A DNA stretch of 64,000 bases from assembly GCF_041956535.1 (NCBI RefSeq), contig NW_027192200.1:267477-331476 (forward strand), read 5' to 3'. The notes under the pieces were generated by a model. That model was given only the letters and a program-made list of their open reading frames with translations. It did no database searches and was not told where the DNA came from. This document shows, piece after piece, positions 38,671 to 50,447 of this stretch. This stretch comes from Calcarisporiella thermophila CBS 279.70 (lineage: Eukaryota > Fungi > Calcarisporiellomycota). Positions within the stretch are counted from its first letter, which is position 1. The number at the start of each line of letters is the position of its first letter. Made by a program: the position numbers and the translations under genes.

Positions 38671-41600
38671 ATGCTGGATCTTCGCCAGTTCTCCATACGC
38701 GAATCCACATCTGCACGCAGTTATGGCCCATCGCTACAGCATCTTCACAGCGACCCATCAGCATCTCCCCCTAACACTCCAACCCATCCAACCGGCATCG
38801 GCTCTTCAACAGTATCATCCCTAATGTCTTCTTCCGCAATGACAAACGGCTCCTCCTACCCCTCCACCACCAACTCCCGCTCGCATACCGCCATGCCCGC
38901 GGTCGGTTCAACCCTTCATCCGCAGGGTGCACGCGGCGAGAACAACCCCTCCCCGCCCCTTACCCCAACCATTCAAACTGCCGAATTTGTGCAGGCCCTA
39001 CACGACTACTCGCCGCAGCAGCCGGTTGATCCAAACTCAATGTGTCTCTCGTTTCGGCGGGGCCAGATCTTGAAGGTGCTTGGGCGAGATACCTCTGGTT
39101 GGTGGGATGGAGAGGTCGACGGACGGCGGGGATGGTTTCCAAGCAATTACGTGGGGATGATTGGGTGCACGAATGGGATGGAAGAGAATCAAACTCCCTC
39201 TGGCAGTGTAAGTAATCCGCTCTTTCTTCCTGCAGACCAAGTCGACACTTGTCTAATGTCTTCTCGATTCTTTTTCACTTCTGATATGGATGGACAGAAT
39301 TCAAATGCATCGACTCCAAAACTCACCGACAAAAAGAAGTCCGACGAAAACATGTCCTCTGATCGCACTAGCGTGGCCCTATCCAGCTCCACCGACGCTC
39401 CCTCCCCCACCGCCTCTGCCCCCACGGCCGGGAGCACGAACTGGGATTCCCTGGCAAATGAAGTCGTCCACAGCGTATCCCTTCTCGTCACCGCCGTCAA
39501 GCTTGGCATCTTCTCCCAGCTCCAACTGCTTGTGCGGCAGGTGATCGGGGCAGTACGAGCGCTCCTGGATGGAGCCGGGGCCGTCAAAGGCACTAGCCAA
39601 GTTTTAAAACAATTCCCTGCGCTCGGCAAAGAGCGCAAGCAGCTTATGGACGCACTCGGATCACTGGTGGTGCTCTGCCGCACTATTGTGGCCGCCGCTG
39701 ACAACTCGCCGGCTCCGCTGGAGAAGGTGGAGAAGGCGGCCTCGCAGGTGATCGATAGCGTCAAAGCATTTGTTGCGTCCGCCAAAAATGTTCCGGTGAA
39801 TAAGAAACAACCGCAGCCACAACCGCAACTGCAACCGCAACCGCAATCGCAATCGCAACCGCAGTCGCAGTCGCAGTCACAGCAGCAACAACAGCAACAG
39901 CAACAAACACCGCCGTTGTCTAGCTCTTCGGTCGAAGAGAGCGGCCAGAGTGGAGAAAAGGGGGATCGAAGATCCAATCTCTCCACGGCATCGAGTAATT
40001 CCTCGCGGCCCATTTCCAGCACCTTTGACGCCAACGCCCCCGCTTATTCCACGAAGAACATCCTCTCCGAGCACCACGATAAAATCCTTTCCCATATCGC
40101 CACCCTTATTATTCACGTGCGTACCTCGCTCAGAGATCCGGCGTCGGCGGCTGAAATGATCCAGCTCACTCGCGACACGGTCAACCATGTGCGTGGCCTA
40201 CTCGCCGTGGTGGAGAACGTCATATCCCTTCTCGGCCTCGAGCGGCGTGTTCGTGATCCTGCCCACCGCTCCGTGCTTGCCTCGAGAGACGCCCTCTATT
40301 CCGCCGTGACAAATTTGGTGACGGCCGCGCGAGCAAGCTCCTTCAGCACGGTAGAAGCCAGCAAGAAGCGCAGCAGCGAAACGGGCTCTGAAAACTCGTA
40401 TGCGGCCGAGTCGGCGGCCGGATCGGATACCGAGGAGGACCAGGATGAGGCAGAGGAACAGGACGAGCGCGACCATCTCCTGACGAGTTGCACCGGGGTG
40501 GTGCGCGCCGTCGGCGAGGTGGTTGCGGCCACGGCAGCATGCTTGGATCCGCCCGCGTCCGGCGAACGACCCGGTTCCCCCGGGAGTGTCATGGGTGACA
40601 GCATCCGGGGCTCCGTGGGGAGCGAGCTTGGAAAGGAGCAACACGGCGGAGCAAAACCGCAAACTGGATTGCGACGGAAACATACCCTCAGCTTCCTCGG
40701 GCGGAAGGCCACCAGTTTAAATTGCTTGCACGAGAGGTACCTCCGGGACGCTTCCATGTTGGACGCAAAGAAATCCACGTCCGATACAACCGGCCTCGGC
40801 ATCGTCATTTCGAATCGAAATTTCAGGAGAAGCCAGAGCGACTCGGCCGAAGACCCAGCTATCACCTCCATCGCCACCACCACCACCACCACCACCACCA
40901 CCACTTCTTCCTCCTCCGCCGCCTCCACCTCCACCACTACCTCATCCAACACGGCCTCGTCTGCCACATCAATAAGCTCGAGTGGGCAACCTAGTCCTAC
41001 TGTCGAGGAGCCGGCCACTCCAACAAGACCCTCGACCCCCGGGTCGCCTTCCCTACGTCGATCGCCTAAGATCAATCGAATGTCGAACGTCAACCCCCCG
41101 TCCATCCGCACTCGCTCATTCAGCCTGAGTGGTACGGCCACGGCCGATTCCGAGAAACGGATGCGAATGACTCGGGCTGGGGCTACTCCTGCAGCCTCGG
41201 CGGCCCCCGCCTTGGCCACGCAAGAACGCCCCCCGCCTCTACCCTCCTCCGCACGGCAAGCCGGTAATCGTTCGCCGAAATCGTACCACCGGGACAGTAA
41301 GTCTCGACGTGCCGAGGAGCACAGCTTCAGCATTCAACCCCCTCCTCCCCCCAACTCAGTCGACCGCCGCCAGTCCCAGCCCACTCCCGCCGTCTCGCAC
41401 AACGCCATTAAGATGCGAAGCCCCCTCACTCCCACCGAAATGACACCTCCCGCGTATCCCATGATGCGCGCCTACTCCGACATGTCGGCCTCTGAGACCC
41501 ATTTATTGAAGGCCGCCCATGCAAGAAGTAGTATCGCCGGTGAGCGGGCTGAATCTAATCCCAACTGGTTCCTACAGCATCAGCATGAGAAAGATGTGAT

Positions 41601-43180
41601 GTTCAATGCGGAAGGGCAGATATACGCTGGGAGTCTGGAGGCTCTTGTGGAGCGCTTGACGCTGCACGACGCTCGGCCAGGTACGATCTGGTTTTGCACC
41701 TATTCCTTTGCATGGTTCTCTGGACTAACCTATCTGTTTCCATTTTACCATCGACTGTGAACAGATCCTCTTTATACCGATGCCTTCATGCTCACCTTCC
41801 GCCTCTTCACTACGCCCACCAAATTTGCAGACCAGTTGTTGGAGCGATTTCTTATTCAGCCGCCCGGGCATTTATCCACTGAGGAGCTGAAAACTTGGAA
41901 ACAGCGCGTTTTGGTCCCTGTTCGGTTAAGGTGACTACCCAGATAGATCTGGTACACTTGTCCAGTACTAACCCTCCCCCCTCCACTCTTCTCCCTTTCC
42001 CTCTGGTTTCTCTAGAGTGTATAATATTTTCAAGACCTGGCTGGAATCCTATTGGGAAGCGAAGCAAGACCATGAGGTCTTGGCTCGCGTCAGCGAGTGG
42101 GCCAACGGTCTCGCCGGCGCAGAGGGTTTGCCTTCCAGCGCGAATGTCCGCATGGCCGAACTTATTCGCAAGAAGCAGGAAAATCTCCAAACCCTGCGGC
42201 AGCGTTTTACCATGTCTCGCCGCATGTCCGTCGACCGGATGGACACCCCCCCTCTCTTCACGCGCATGAACAGCGGAGGCAAGGACACGGACGACGAGCC
42301 CCCACCCCCCGTGATTAGCAAGTCCCTCGCGAATGCCTTGCGAGAGGACCGGTCGGGCATCGCCCTCGTCGATTTTGAGGCGCTCGAGCTAGCGCGTCAG
42401 CTGACGGTGCTGGAGAGCAAGGTGTACTGCGGCATCCGACCCAACGAGCTGGTGGGCCGCGAGTTCTCCCGCGGCGAGTCCAATGTGCGCCAGATGACGC
42501 AGCTGAGCACGGGCATCACCGCCTTTGTCGCCGCCAGTGTGGTGAGCGAGGATGATGTGCGGAAGCGTGCCGCCCTGCTCAAGTTCTGGATCAAGGTTGG
42601 AGAGCGCCTCATGACCCTGAACAACTTCAACTCGCTGATGGCGGTGGTGTGCGCGCTGAACTCATCGACCCTCGGCCGCCTGCGCAAGACCTGGGAGCTC
42701 GTCTCCGCAAAGCATCGCGCTATTCTTGAGCAGCTTCGCAAGGCGACCGATCACTCGCGCAACCACGCCGAATACCGCTCGCGCCTGAAAAATCTCGTGC
42801 CGCCGTGCCTCCCCTTCCTGGGGGTGTATCTCTCCGACCTCACCTTCATCCACGAGGGAAACCCGGCGTACCGGGCCTCCCCCCATACCCAACGCCAACT
42901 CATCAACTTCGACAAGTACATGAAGACGGCACGCATTGTGCAGGAGGTTCAGCGCTTCCAGCGGCCGTATCCACTGGTGGAACTTGCCGAGGTCCAGACC
43001 TACCTTTGGGAGCAGATCGAGGCGGCCAGATCCAGGGACGAGATGGATTTGTACCGCCGAAGCCTGGTGATCGAGCCCCGAGAGGAGCAGCAGCACGAGG
43101 GGCAGGAGCACGTCGCCATCACCAAAGGCCTCTCGGATCTGCTACGATTCAACGGGGGGGCCCGCAAGGGCTCCCAATAG
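38671..43180 (+). CDS. Cdc25-type Ras GEF (SH3, helical region, REM, RasGEF)
   Basis: SH3 VQALHDY..LSFRRG..SGWWDG..GWFPSNYV; REM AGSLEALVERLT, FMLTFRLFTTP; catalytic domain ELARQLT, LNNFNSLMA, PCLPFLGVYLSDLTFIHEGNP, INFDK. Confidence 0.94.
39808..39906 (+). repeat. Coding (QP)n-(QS)n-polyQ repeat in the RasGEF
   Basis: CAACCG/CAGTCG/CAACAG hexamer runs. Confidence 0.85.
40874..40905 (+). repeat. (ACC)n poly-Thr microsatellite in the RasGEF
   Basis: About 9-10 near-perfect ACC units. Confidence 0.85.
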
Positions 43181-43392
43181 TACCCTGCTCGCCTCCTTTG
43201 TTTTTGGGTCGCCCACGCGTCCCTCAAAAATTCTTCATGGTTCTCTTTGCATTTTTCTTTTCTTCCTTTTTCTCCCCTCTACTTTATTCCTCCCCTCCCC
43301 CTCTCCCCTACTTTCGTTTTTTTTTTCATGTTTGTTTATTTCTTCGTTCGCTTATACATAACTTATAAGATAGTGTAAAAATTGGCTATGTT

Positions 43393-43424
43393 TTATTATT
43401 CTTATTATTCTTATTATTCTTATT
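43393..43424 (+). repeat. 9-bp tandem repeat (TTATTATTC)x3.5 in 3' flank
   Basis: Read directly from the sequence. Confidence 0.75.
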
Positions 43425-43831
43425 GCCTTCTACTATTCTATACGGATCGCTTTTGCTAATCTATCTGTACATTTCCTTCGTCATTAGTCGTCTTTCAAGG
43501 GGTCATGTGATAAAAGAGCTTTCCTTGTTTTATATTCACACCTATGTCATCCACCTAGTTAATGGAGAGGCAAGATAATGAGTATGGTATGTCATAAAAT
43601 GGATAAGCAATCCAATAAAATGATCATGGAATAAAACCGTGCTTCCAAAACGATCTTATACGGCCATGATGTAACCCTGGGTGGAGTCAGGAGAAGAGCC
43701 AAGGGAGGCTTAGGGATAGGTTGTTGCTTCGCTCGAATTTTCCGAGGATTTCTTTCAACCTAACCTAGACTCTCGGGAGGTGCCACCATTTCAGAGAAAG
43801 CGCAAGTCTCGCTTAATAGCGGAGCGATTCA

Positions 43832-44580
43832 ATGCAACGCGGCTTGCTTCGGTATTTTCTCCTCCATCAGACGCGCCGACATTTTCCAACCCATTTTCGT
43901 AGGATGAGCAGTCAGTTCCAGAAATCAGATGCAGAGTGGCAAGCCATTCTCACTCCAGAACAATTCCGCATTCTGCGGTTGAAAGGAACCGAGCCAGCAG
44001 GCAGTGGCGAATACAACAAATTCAACAAAAAAGGTAGGGGATAAGGGGGAGAGAAGAAAACAGATCGAGAAAATGAGAGAGAGAGTATGGGAATGCGTGT
44101 TTGTGCATGTCGAAGAACATCTGGATTTGCAAAAGAATTTTCTAAATCCATCAACTGCTCTGCTTTCCAGGTGTGTACGGGTGTGCGGGTTGTGGAACGC
44201 CTCTATATACATCGAGCACGAAGTTTGATAGCGGCTGTGGATGGTAAATAGCTCAGTGTTTCATGTTGGCTCGAATCTTTGGTATTCAACCAGGAATTCC
44301 TAATTCATAATTGTAAAGGCCGGCATTCTTCGACTGCATTCCCGGCGCTGTCAATCGCCATGAAGATCGATCGTATGGAATGAATCGCATAGAGATCACT
44401 TGTGCTGCCTGTGGCGGGCATCTTGGCCACGTCTTTAAAGGTGCTGTGGAGGCAGGATCTTCTATTGTCCTAGCTCTTGACTGAAATATTCTGTATCTTA
44501 TAGGAGAAGGCTTCAAAACCCCCACCGACGAACGCCATTGTGTGAATAGTATCAGTCTGAAGTTCCATGAAGACAAATAG
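43832..44580 (+). CDS. MXR2: Methionine-R-sulfoxide reductase MsrB (Zn-binding, Cys type; 4 exons)
   Basis: [53 protein letters not shown]. Confidence 0.95.
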
Positions 44581-44723
44581 TCGTATCATTGAGGCGAAGA
44601 TTTGCTTCCCCCTTTTCTAAAATACATTGAACCAATACATTGATACGTGTTTAAATTTATTATTATATTTTTAAATGGCTGTGTGTAAACTATTTACAAA
44701 TTTATTTAACTCTCTCCCTCTGG

Positions 44724-45298
44724 TCACGAATGCTCTCCCGGAACCGTGTATTGCTCTGGCACAAAATAATATGCGTTTTCCATGTCGGCAATGGCCATTT
44801 CAAGCTCGTCCCGTATGGAGCTTAATCGCGATTTGATATGAGATTTCTTGGCGCTCAGCGCCTCGACACGTTTCTGGGCAGAGTTGACCCAGGTGTGTGT
44901 ATCGTTCAGGAGGAATGATTGCTTGAGTTCGGCAATGAGAGAGAGAAGCGATTCGACCGAATTCACCTAACAATGGGGAAGAGAAGTTGTGAAGGAATAT
45001 GGCTTAGAAGAGTAGACGTTTTGAAAAAATAGTTACAATGCTTGCTGCACGGCACTCTACTTGGTACGCCTCTTGGGAGATTTTGAATCTGTCCTTATTC
45101 TCGATCTAGACACAACAAATAAGCGAACAAGAGTTACTAAGGCTTGCGCAGTAAGATGGTGGGGAATGGAGTTACCCCTGAAACGCGAATGATATCCGCA
45201 AATGCCTCGGCCAGCTGATCTACATTCTCATCGATGCGTTTGTGGTAGCTCTCTTCCACGAGATTCTTTTGCGATGAGATCTGCTTTGGAGCCTGCAT
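44724..45298 (-). CDS. MED22: Mediator subunit 22 (Srb6/Surf5) (3 exons)
   Basis: YHKRIDENVDQLAEAFADII/..VECRAASI/VNSVESLLSLIAELKQSFLLND. Confidence 0.82.
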
Positions 45299-45443
45299 TT
45301 CTGCCCAGCACTGTAAGAGAGAGATCTATTTCTCTTCGCACCTCTATTCAAAGAACATCGCTGCTGTGCCACTTTATATTAATTTGAAATATCACTTTGG
45401 TCAAAGTTGATCTGAAAATCAGTCAACTGAATCCTCTACCAAC

Positions 45444-47297
45444 ATGTCCCTCGCCGACGAGCTTTTGGCCGATCTTGATTCTTTCGAAGAGGAAGCTCAG
45501 GGAGCGGAGGGCTATGATGAGGGGTACGATCACATGGAATCGGAACAGATCGCTGCCAATGGAGATCGAATGGACGAAGATCAGCCAGAAGCTGACGTTA
45601 ACATGGAGCACTCATCGCACGAGGAAATCGAGCAAATGATGCTTGCCAAGGTCAACGACGTAAAGTCCGTTGCCAAGTTGTTAGGGAGTAAGAGCTTTAA
45701 AGAGGTGCTAAAGGTAAGATTCTGCGCTTTGTCTACCCTGATCCTAAGCTCCTACTGATCTCCCCTTAATTCCTTTAGAAAATCGAACATTATAAAGCAG
45801 AACAGCGCAACGTCACGCACATAAGCGGGCCGGTGGAGGAGGATCCAGAGTACAAGCTAATCGTGCAAGCAAACGAATTAACAGTGAACATTGACCACGA
45901 AATTGCACTCGTACACAAGGTAATTGTCTCCTTCCTCTAAAAGCTTGGGTTGTAAGGCTTTATTCACCATTTCTCCTACAGTTCATTCGTGATCACTACG
46001 CATCCAAATTCCCGGAACTTGAGGGGTTGGTGACCAACCCGATCGAATATGCCCGAACCGTCAGAGCAATCAAAAACGAAAGTGACTTGGCGTCGATTGA
46101 CCTCCACTCCATTCTTCCCCCCTCTACCGTCATGATCGTCTCAGTGACCGCAACTACCACAAATGGCATCCCCTTGTCAGAGGAGCAACTGAAAATTGTA
46201 ATCGAGGCATGTGACATGCTCCTTGCTTTAGACGCTGCAAAACAAATGGTAGAACGCCTCACCTTATTTTCCATCTCCTTCTTGTAGTGGTGACCTCTTT
46301 ATTTTTTTTGGACATACAGATTATGGAATACGTCGCATCTCGCATGTCTCTTATCGCCCCCAACTTGACAGCGGTCGTCGGCAGCACTACGGCTGCCCGA
46401 CTTCTAGGTGCAGCCGGAGGGCTCACGGCGCTCACCAAGATGCCAGCATGCAATGTGCAAGTTCTTGGAGCACAGAAGAAAGTCTCGACTGGCTTCTCAA
46501 GTGTGACCATGAAACAGCATGCCGGCTTCATTTACTACTCCGAGATTTGCATGCAGGCACCCCCCGATTTGCGGATGAAAATGCAGAAGATGTTGGCCGC
46601 CAAGTGTGTACTTGCTGCACGGATTGATCGCGTTCACGAGAGCAAGAACGGTGCCCAGGGGCGTAAAATGCGCGAGGACATCGAGCAAAAATTGGAGAAG
46701 TTGACAGAGCCTCCGCCCAAAAAAGATGTCAAAGCTCTTCCGGTACCAGACGAGGGACCAAGAAAAAGGAGAGGTGGTAGAAGGCAAGTGTCTGATTCTG
46801 GATGAGCTTTATTTTTTTTTATTGCGTTGAGCACATGCTGAGCCTTCTCATTTCCTTTCTTAGGGTCCGGAAACAGAAGGAAGCATACGCGATGACCGAT
46901 CTACGGAGAGCACAGAACCGGATGGCCTTTGGAGTGGCCGAGGATGAAGCTTCCGCTTTCGAAGATAGCAAGGGACTTGGGCTTATTGGAAATCAAGTGG
47001 GCAAAATCAGGGGATCAGGAATTGATCTGCGAACCAAAGGTGATTATTTCTCTCCTTTCCTTACGCCTACTACACGAATATTGACTGACGATGTGTTTTA
47101 CTATAGCCAAAGTTCCCAAGAAAAAGCAGTGGACCTCCTCCAGCAATGTATCTGGCCTCTCCACCTCCATCACCTTTACCCCTGTGCAGGGAATGGAGTT
47201 CGTGGATCCTACCGCCGCAGCCGAGAAAATAAAGAAGGCCAACGACCGATACTTTAGCGGCGGATCCTATTTAAAGGTGGGGAAAAAGCCGGAGTAG
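45444..47297 (+). CDS. PRP31: U4/U6 snRNP protein Prp31
   Basis: MSLADELLADL, GPVEEDPEYKLIV, FIRDHYASKFPELE, KMPACNVQVLG, LAARID, KRRGGRR, NRMAFG, FTPVQGMEF. Confidence 0.96.
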
Positions 47298-47772
47298 TTT
47301 TGTATATTTCATCTTATTTTTTCTACTGTCTCCTTTTCTCTCAAACTATGTAATCGAGTCTTTTTCTTTTGTTATTTTTCAAAACATTTCCAAATATGAC
47401 CACCGCCATTTAGTCAATTCTCTCACCAAACTCTCAATACATCGAGCCAAAGCCGTTTGACATTATTTCAGCCCACAAATCCTGCAAAATTCGGGAAAAA
47501 TAGAGTAAGCCCAAACAATTTAAGGTTTATTTATCTCGGGTAGATTTCGCGAGATTCTTCGGCTCCTCTTGAGTTAAACCAACTCTAGTTAATCCTGGCA
47601 AATGATCAAGGATAAGAAATGATGTTAAATAATACTCCATAAATGGTGATAGAATAGGCGAGTGGAAAGAAATGAAAAAATTCGTATTGGGTTAGGGCGG
47701 ACGTATTACAGATATGAGAACCCGAAGAGGAAGAAGGGAAGAGCGGGAAAGAGAGGGAAAAGGGCCTGACGG

Positions 47773-48970
47773 TCACGAACGCTGTTTATAATGGACTTCA
47801 GAGCATTGTCGTAGCCTCTCGGCCGCCTGCTCTGCAGTCAAGTCACGCTGAGGTTCAGCCAGCATTTCATATCTATCATTTACACAATGAAAAAATAACA
47901 TTAAGTATAATACTCAGAAAAATGAAGTTCTCTGGTATAGCTTACCCAACAAGGAATTTTCGCACGGTAGGACTTCGAAGCAGAGGCGGATAAAAGTGAG
48001 CGTGCAAGTGACATTCCTCATGAACGTTACCATCGACAGGCGCCTGGTGAAAGCCCATCGAGTATGGGAATGAGCATTCGAACAAGTTGTCATATCGAAC
48101 GGTCACTTTCTTCATTATTTTTGCCAGGTCGGCTTTTTCGCTGTCCGACAAATCTGCCAAGCTGCCGGCATGTCGTTTAGCGAGAACGAGGGTTTCAAAC
48201 GGCCAAACGGCCCAGAACGGCACCACGGCTACAAAATGCGACGTCTCACAGATAACTCGTTCTCTGCGCTCGAGTTCCTGGCGCGTGTAATCGCAGAGCA
48301 AGCAAGCCCCGCTCTTTGCTTGGCGATAGTTGAGAAGAGCTGCGATTTCTTTTGCAGGCTCCTCAGGTATATTGTCTTGGCACCATGCTTGGCAGTGTGG
48401 ATGAGGATTGGAGCATCCCATGGAGGCCCCTTTGTTTTCAAAAATCTGAACGTGAGCTATAGCTGGGTTGGCTTTGGCGGCTTGATACAATTCGGTCCAT
48501 GTTTGAATGATGCGCGTAATAGCGCTAGTAGGAAGCTCCGCAAGTGTTAGATTGTGTTTTGGAGTGAAGCAGATCACTTTGCACTCCCCCCGGGTACTCT
48601 GGACGCGAAAGAGATCTAGAAGAAGCCCCCCGCCAAAGATAAGCAATTCAGTGAAGCTAAATCGACTTGAAGATTGCTTTCATTATTTACCGTCATTATT
48701 GATATTGCTATCCGGCTGGTCGGCCTTAAGGGCCGAGAAATCATTGGTAAACACAAAAGTATCCTCATATATCGGGTTGTTGCTGCCATTGGCTCTCGAA
48801 TTACCAGGGCAAAGGTAGCAGCCAGAGTCGTACTCCGGCAGCTTGTCCTCGTTTAGAACCTCACGTTGTCCCAGCCAAGGCCGCTGTGTACGGTGAGGAG
48901 ACACCAGTACCCATGTATTGGTGAGGGGATTGTAGCGGCGATGCGAGTGCTGTGTAAATTCAAATGACAT
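47773..48970 (-). CDS. GAL7: Galactose-1-phosphate uridylyltransferase (3 exons)
   Basis: [69 protein letters not shown]. Confidence 0.97.
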
Positions 48971-49186
48971 TGCTTTAGGCCGAAAATGATGCAGAGGTGC
49001 AGACCCCTTCGGTTGGACAAATAAAAATGCACTCTCAAGTGGATGCACAGTCACGGAACACGTGTGTTAAGTGCGGTCTGGATGTTTGATCTTGTATATA
49101 TTTTATTTTCAGAAAGCAACTCAAAAAACATAAAGAGGAGAAGAGAAGAGAGTAGGAGACGGGGCGAGATTAAAGGACAGGAGGCA

Positions 49187-49980
49187 TTACGCGCGGGCCC
49201 TGAGACGGGAGGCACGGGCAAGCTGTCTTGCGTTGAGCTTGGTAACCTTCTTGTCATCTGCCCGCTCCACTGTTGCATCCTCCTCTGCGACAATAATCTC
49301 GATGTGCGAGGGCGAGCTCTGATAGGGGTTGATGCGACCATGAGCACGGTAGGTGCGGCGGCGCATTTTAGGAGCCTAAAAAAGAGAGAAAATCCGGGAA
49401 TCAATTAATGCCGCTCGTCTTGCAGGAAGTCGTAGAGCCAAGTGCTAGAACCACGTACCTGGTTGACTTGGATGTGTTTAATGACCAAGGAGTCAACATT
49501 CAATCCCTTTGACTGAAGAAGAGCCAGATTAATACAAGTTCTCTACAAAAACAGGATCTTTTATCACGCAAAATCAAATTACCTCAGCATTAGCCTCGGC
49601 ATTCTTCAAGAGACCCTCCACAAACTCGCAGGACTTCACAGGCCAACGTCCTTGGGTTGTGCCGAATTCTTTGGCCTGGGCGGTACGTCCAACACCACCG
49701 TTGAACCGGCGGAAGGGGATCGCACGCTTGTGGTCCTTCACCGCGGTGAGGTACGCCAGCGCCTTCTTCAAGTTCATGCCCGAGATGGCAGCGGCAACTT
49801 CGCGAGTGTTCTTGAAGTGGACGCGGAGGTAAGAGCCCCGAGCTTTGGCGACTACAAAAACAAATAACAGGATGCGTTAAGTATTTTGATCACGTTTCTG
49901 GTGGATCAAGTGATGGGAAAAAAAATGAAAAGAAATTTACTCTTGGCGGGGTTAGCCGGAGTAGCAGCGTATCTGACCAT
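49187..49980 (-). CDS. RPL17: 60S ribosomal protein L17 (uL22)
   Basis: [46 protein letters not shown]. Confidence 0.96.
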
Positions 49981-49986
49981 GGCGAT

Positions 49987-50177
49987 CTATCAATTTTGGG
50001 AAATTTAATAATGATTAGCGCAAGGTTCAGTCAATTGATCATGTTGCATCCATTATGAGATCCAAAAATGGTTCATTCCTCCAACAATTATTACGATCCA
50101 ACCCATCTATCCATCCATCCTCAACGATCCATCCATATGCACTCCTTTATCTAAAAAACAAAAGCGCTGATCCTTAC
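49987..50177 (-). other. 5'UTR intron of RPL17 containing 7 TGGAT copies
   Basis: GTAAGG donor, CTAAT branch point, TAG acceptor 6 nt before the ATG; preceded by a pyrimidine tract. Confidence 0.7.
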
Positions 50178-50289
50178 ATGATAGGGGAAGGGTGCGCACT
50201 AAAAGGAAGAGAGAAAGAATCTTCACTATCCACCAACTCGAATTTACAGAACCATGCGAATTTCAGAAGAGTATAGCTTCTGATACCGA

Positions 50290-50296
50290 CAGTCAC
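50290..50296 (-). promoter_or_regulatory. Homol-D-like box GTGACTG upstream of RPL17
   Basis: About 70 bp before the pyrimidine tract, the same spacing as at RPS7. Confidence 0.55.
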
Positions 50297-50447
50297 CCAA
50301 GTGTGGGGTCTGATGTGGCTCACTTTTGACTCGAGCAGGGATGGCAACCATTGATTTTTCAGTGTTATTGTTAACTTCCCACTATACCACTAATCCCTCT
50401 TTATTCCCCTCCCCCTCCATCTTTTTGGTCGAATTCAGTCCAGGAGC

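Noticed and set aside
44500-44700. Selenocysteine MsrB (some early-diverging fungi have selenoproteins)
   Set aside because: The catalytic codon in RHCVNS is TGT (Cys); there is no in-frame TGA and no evident SECIS.
47773-48970. GAL gene cluster
   Set aside because: GAL7 is flanked by PRP31 and RPL17; no galactokinase or epimerase is in the window.
49987-50177. Intron-hosted C/D snoRNA in RP leader introns
   Set aside because: CTGA is present, but there is no RTGATGA box C or terminal stem in either intron.
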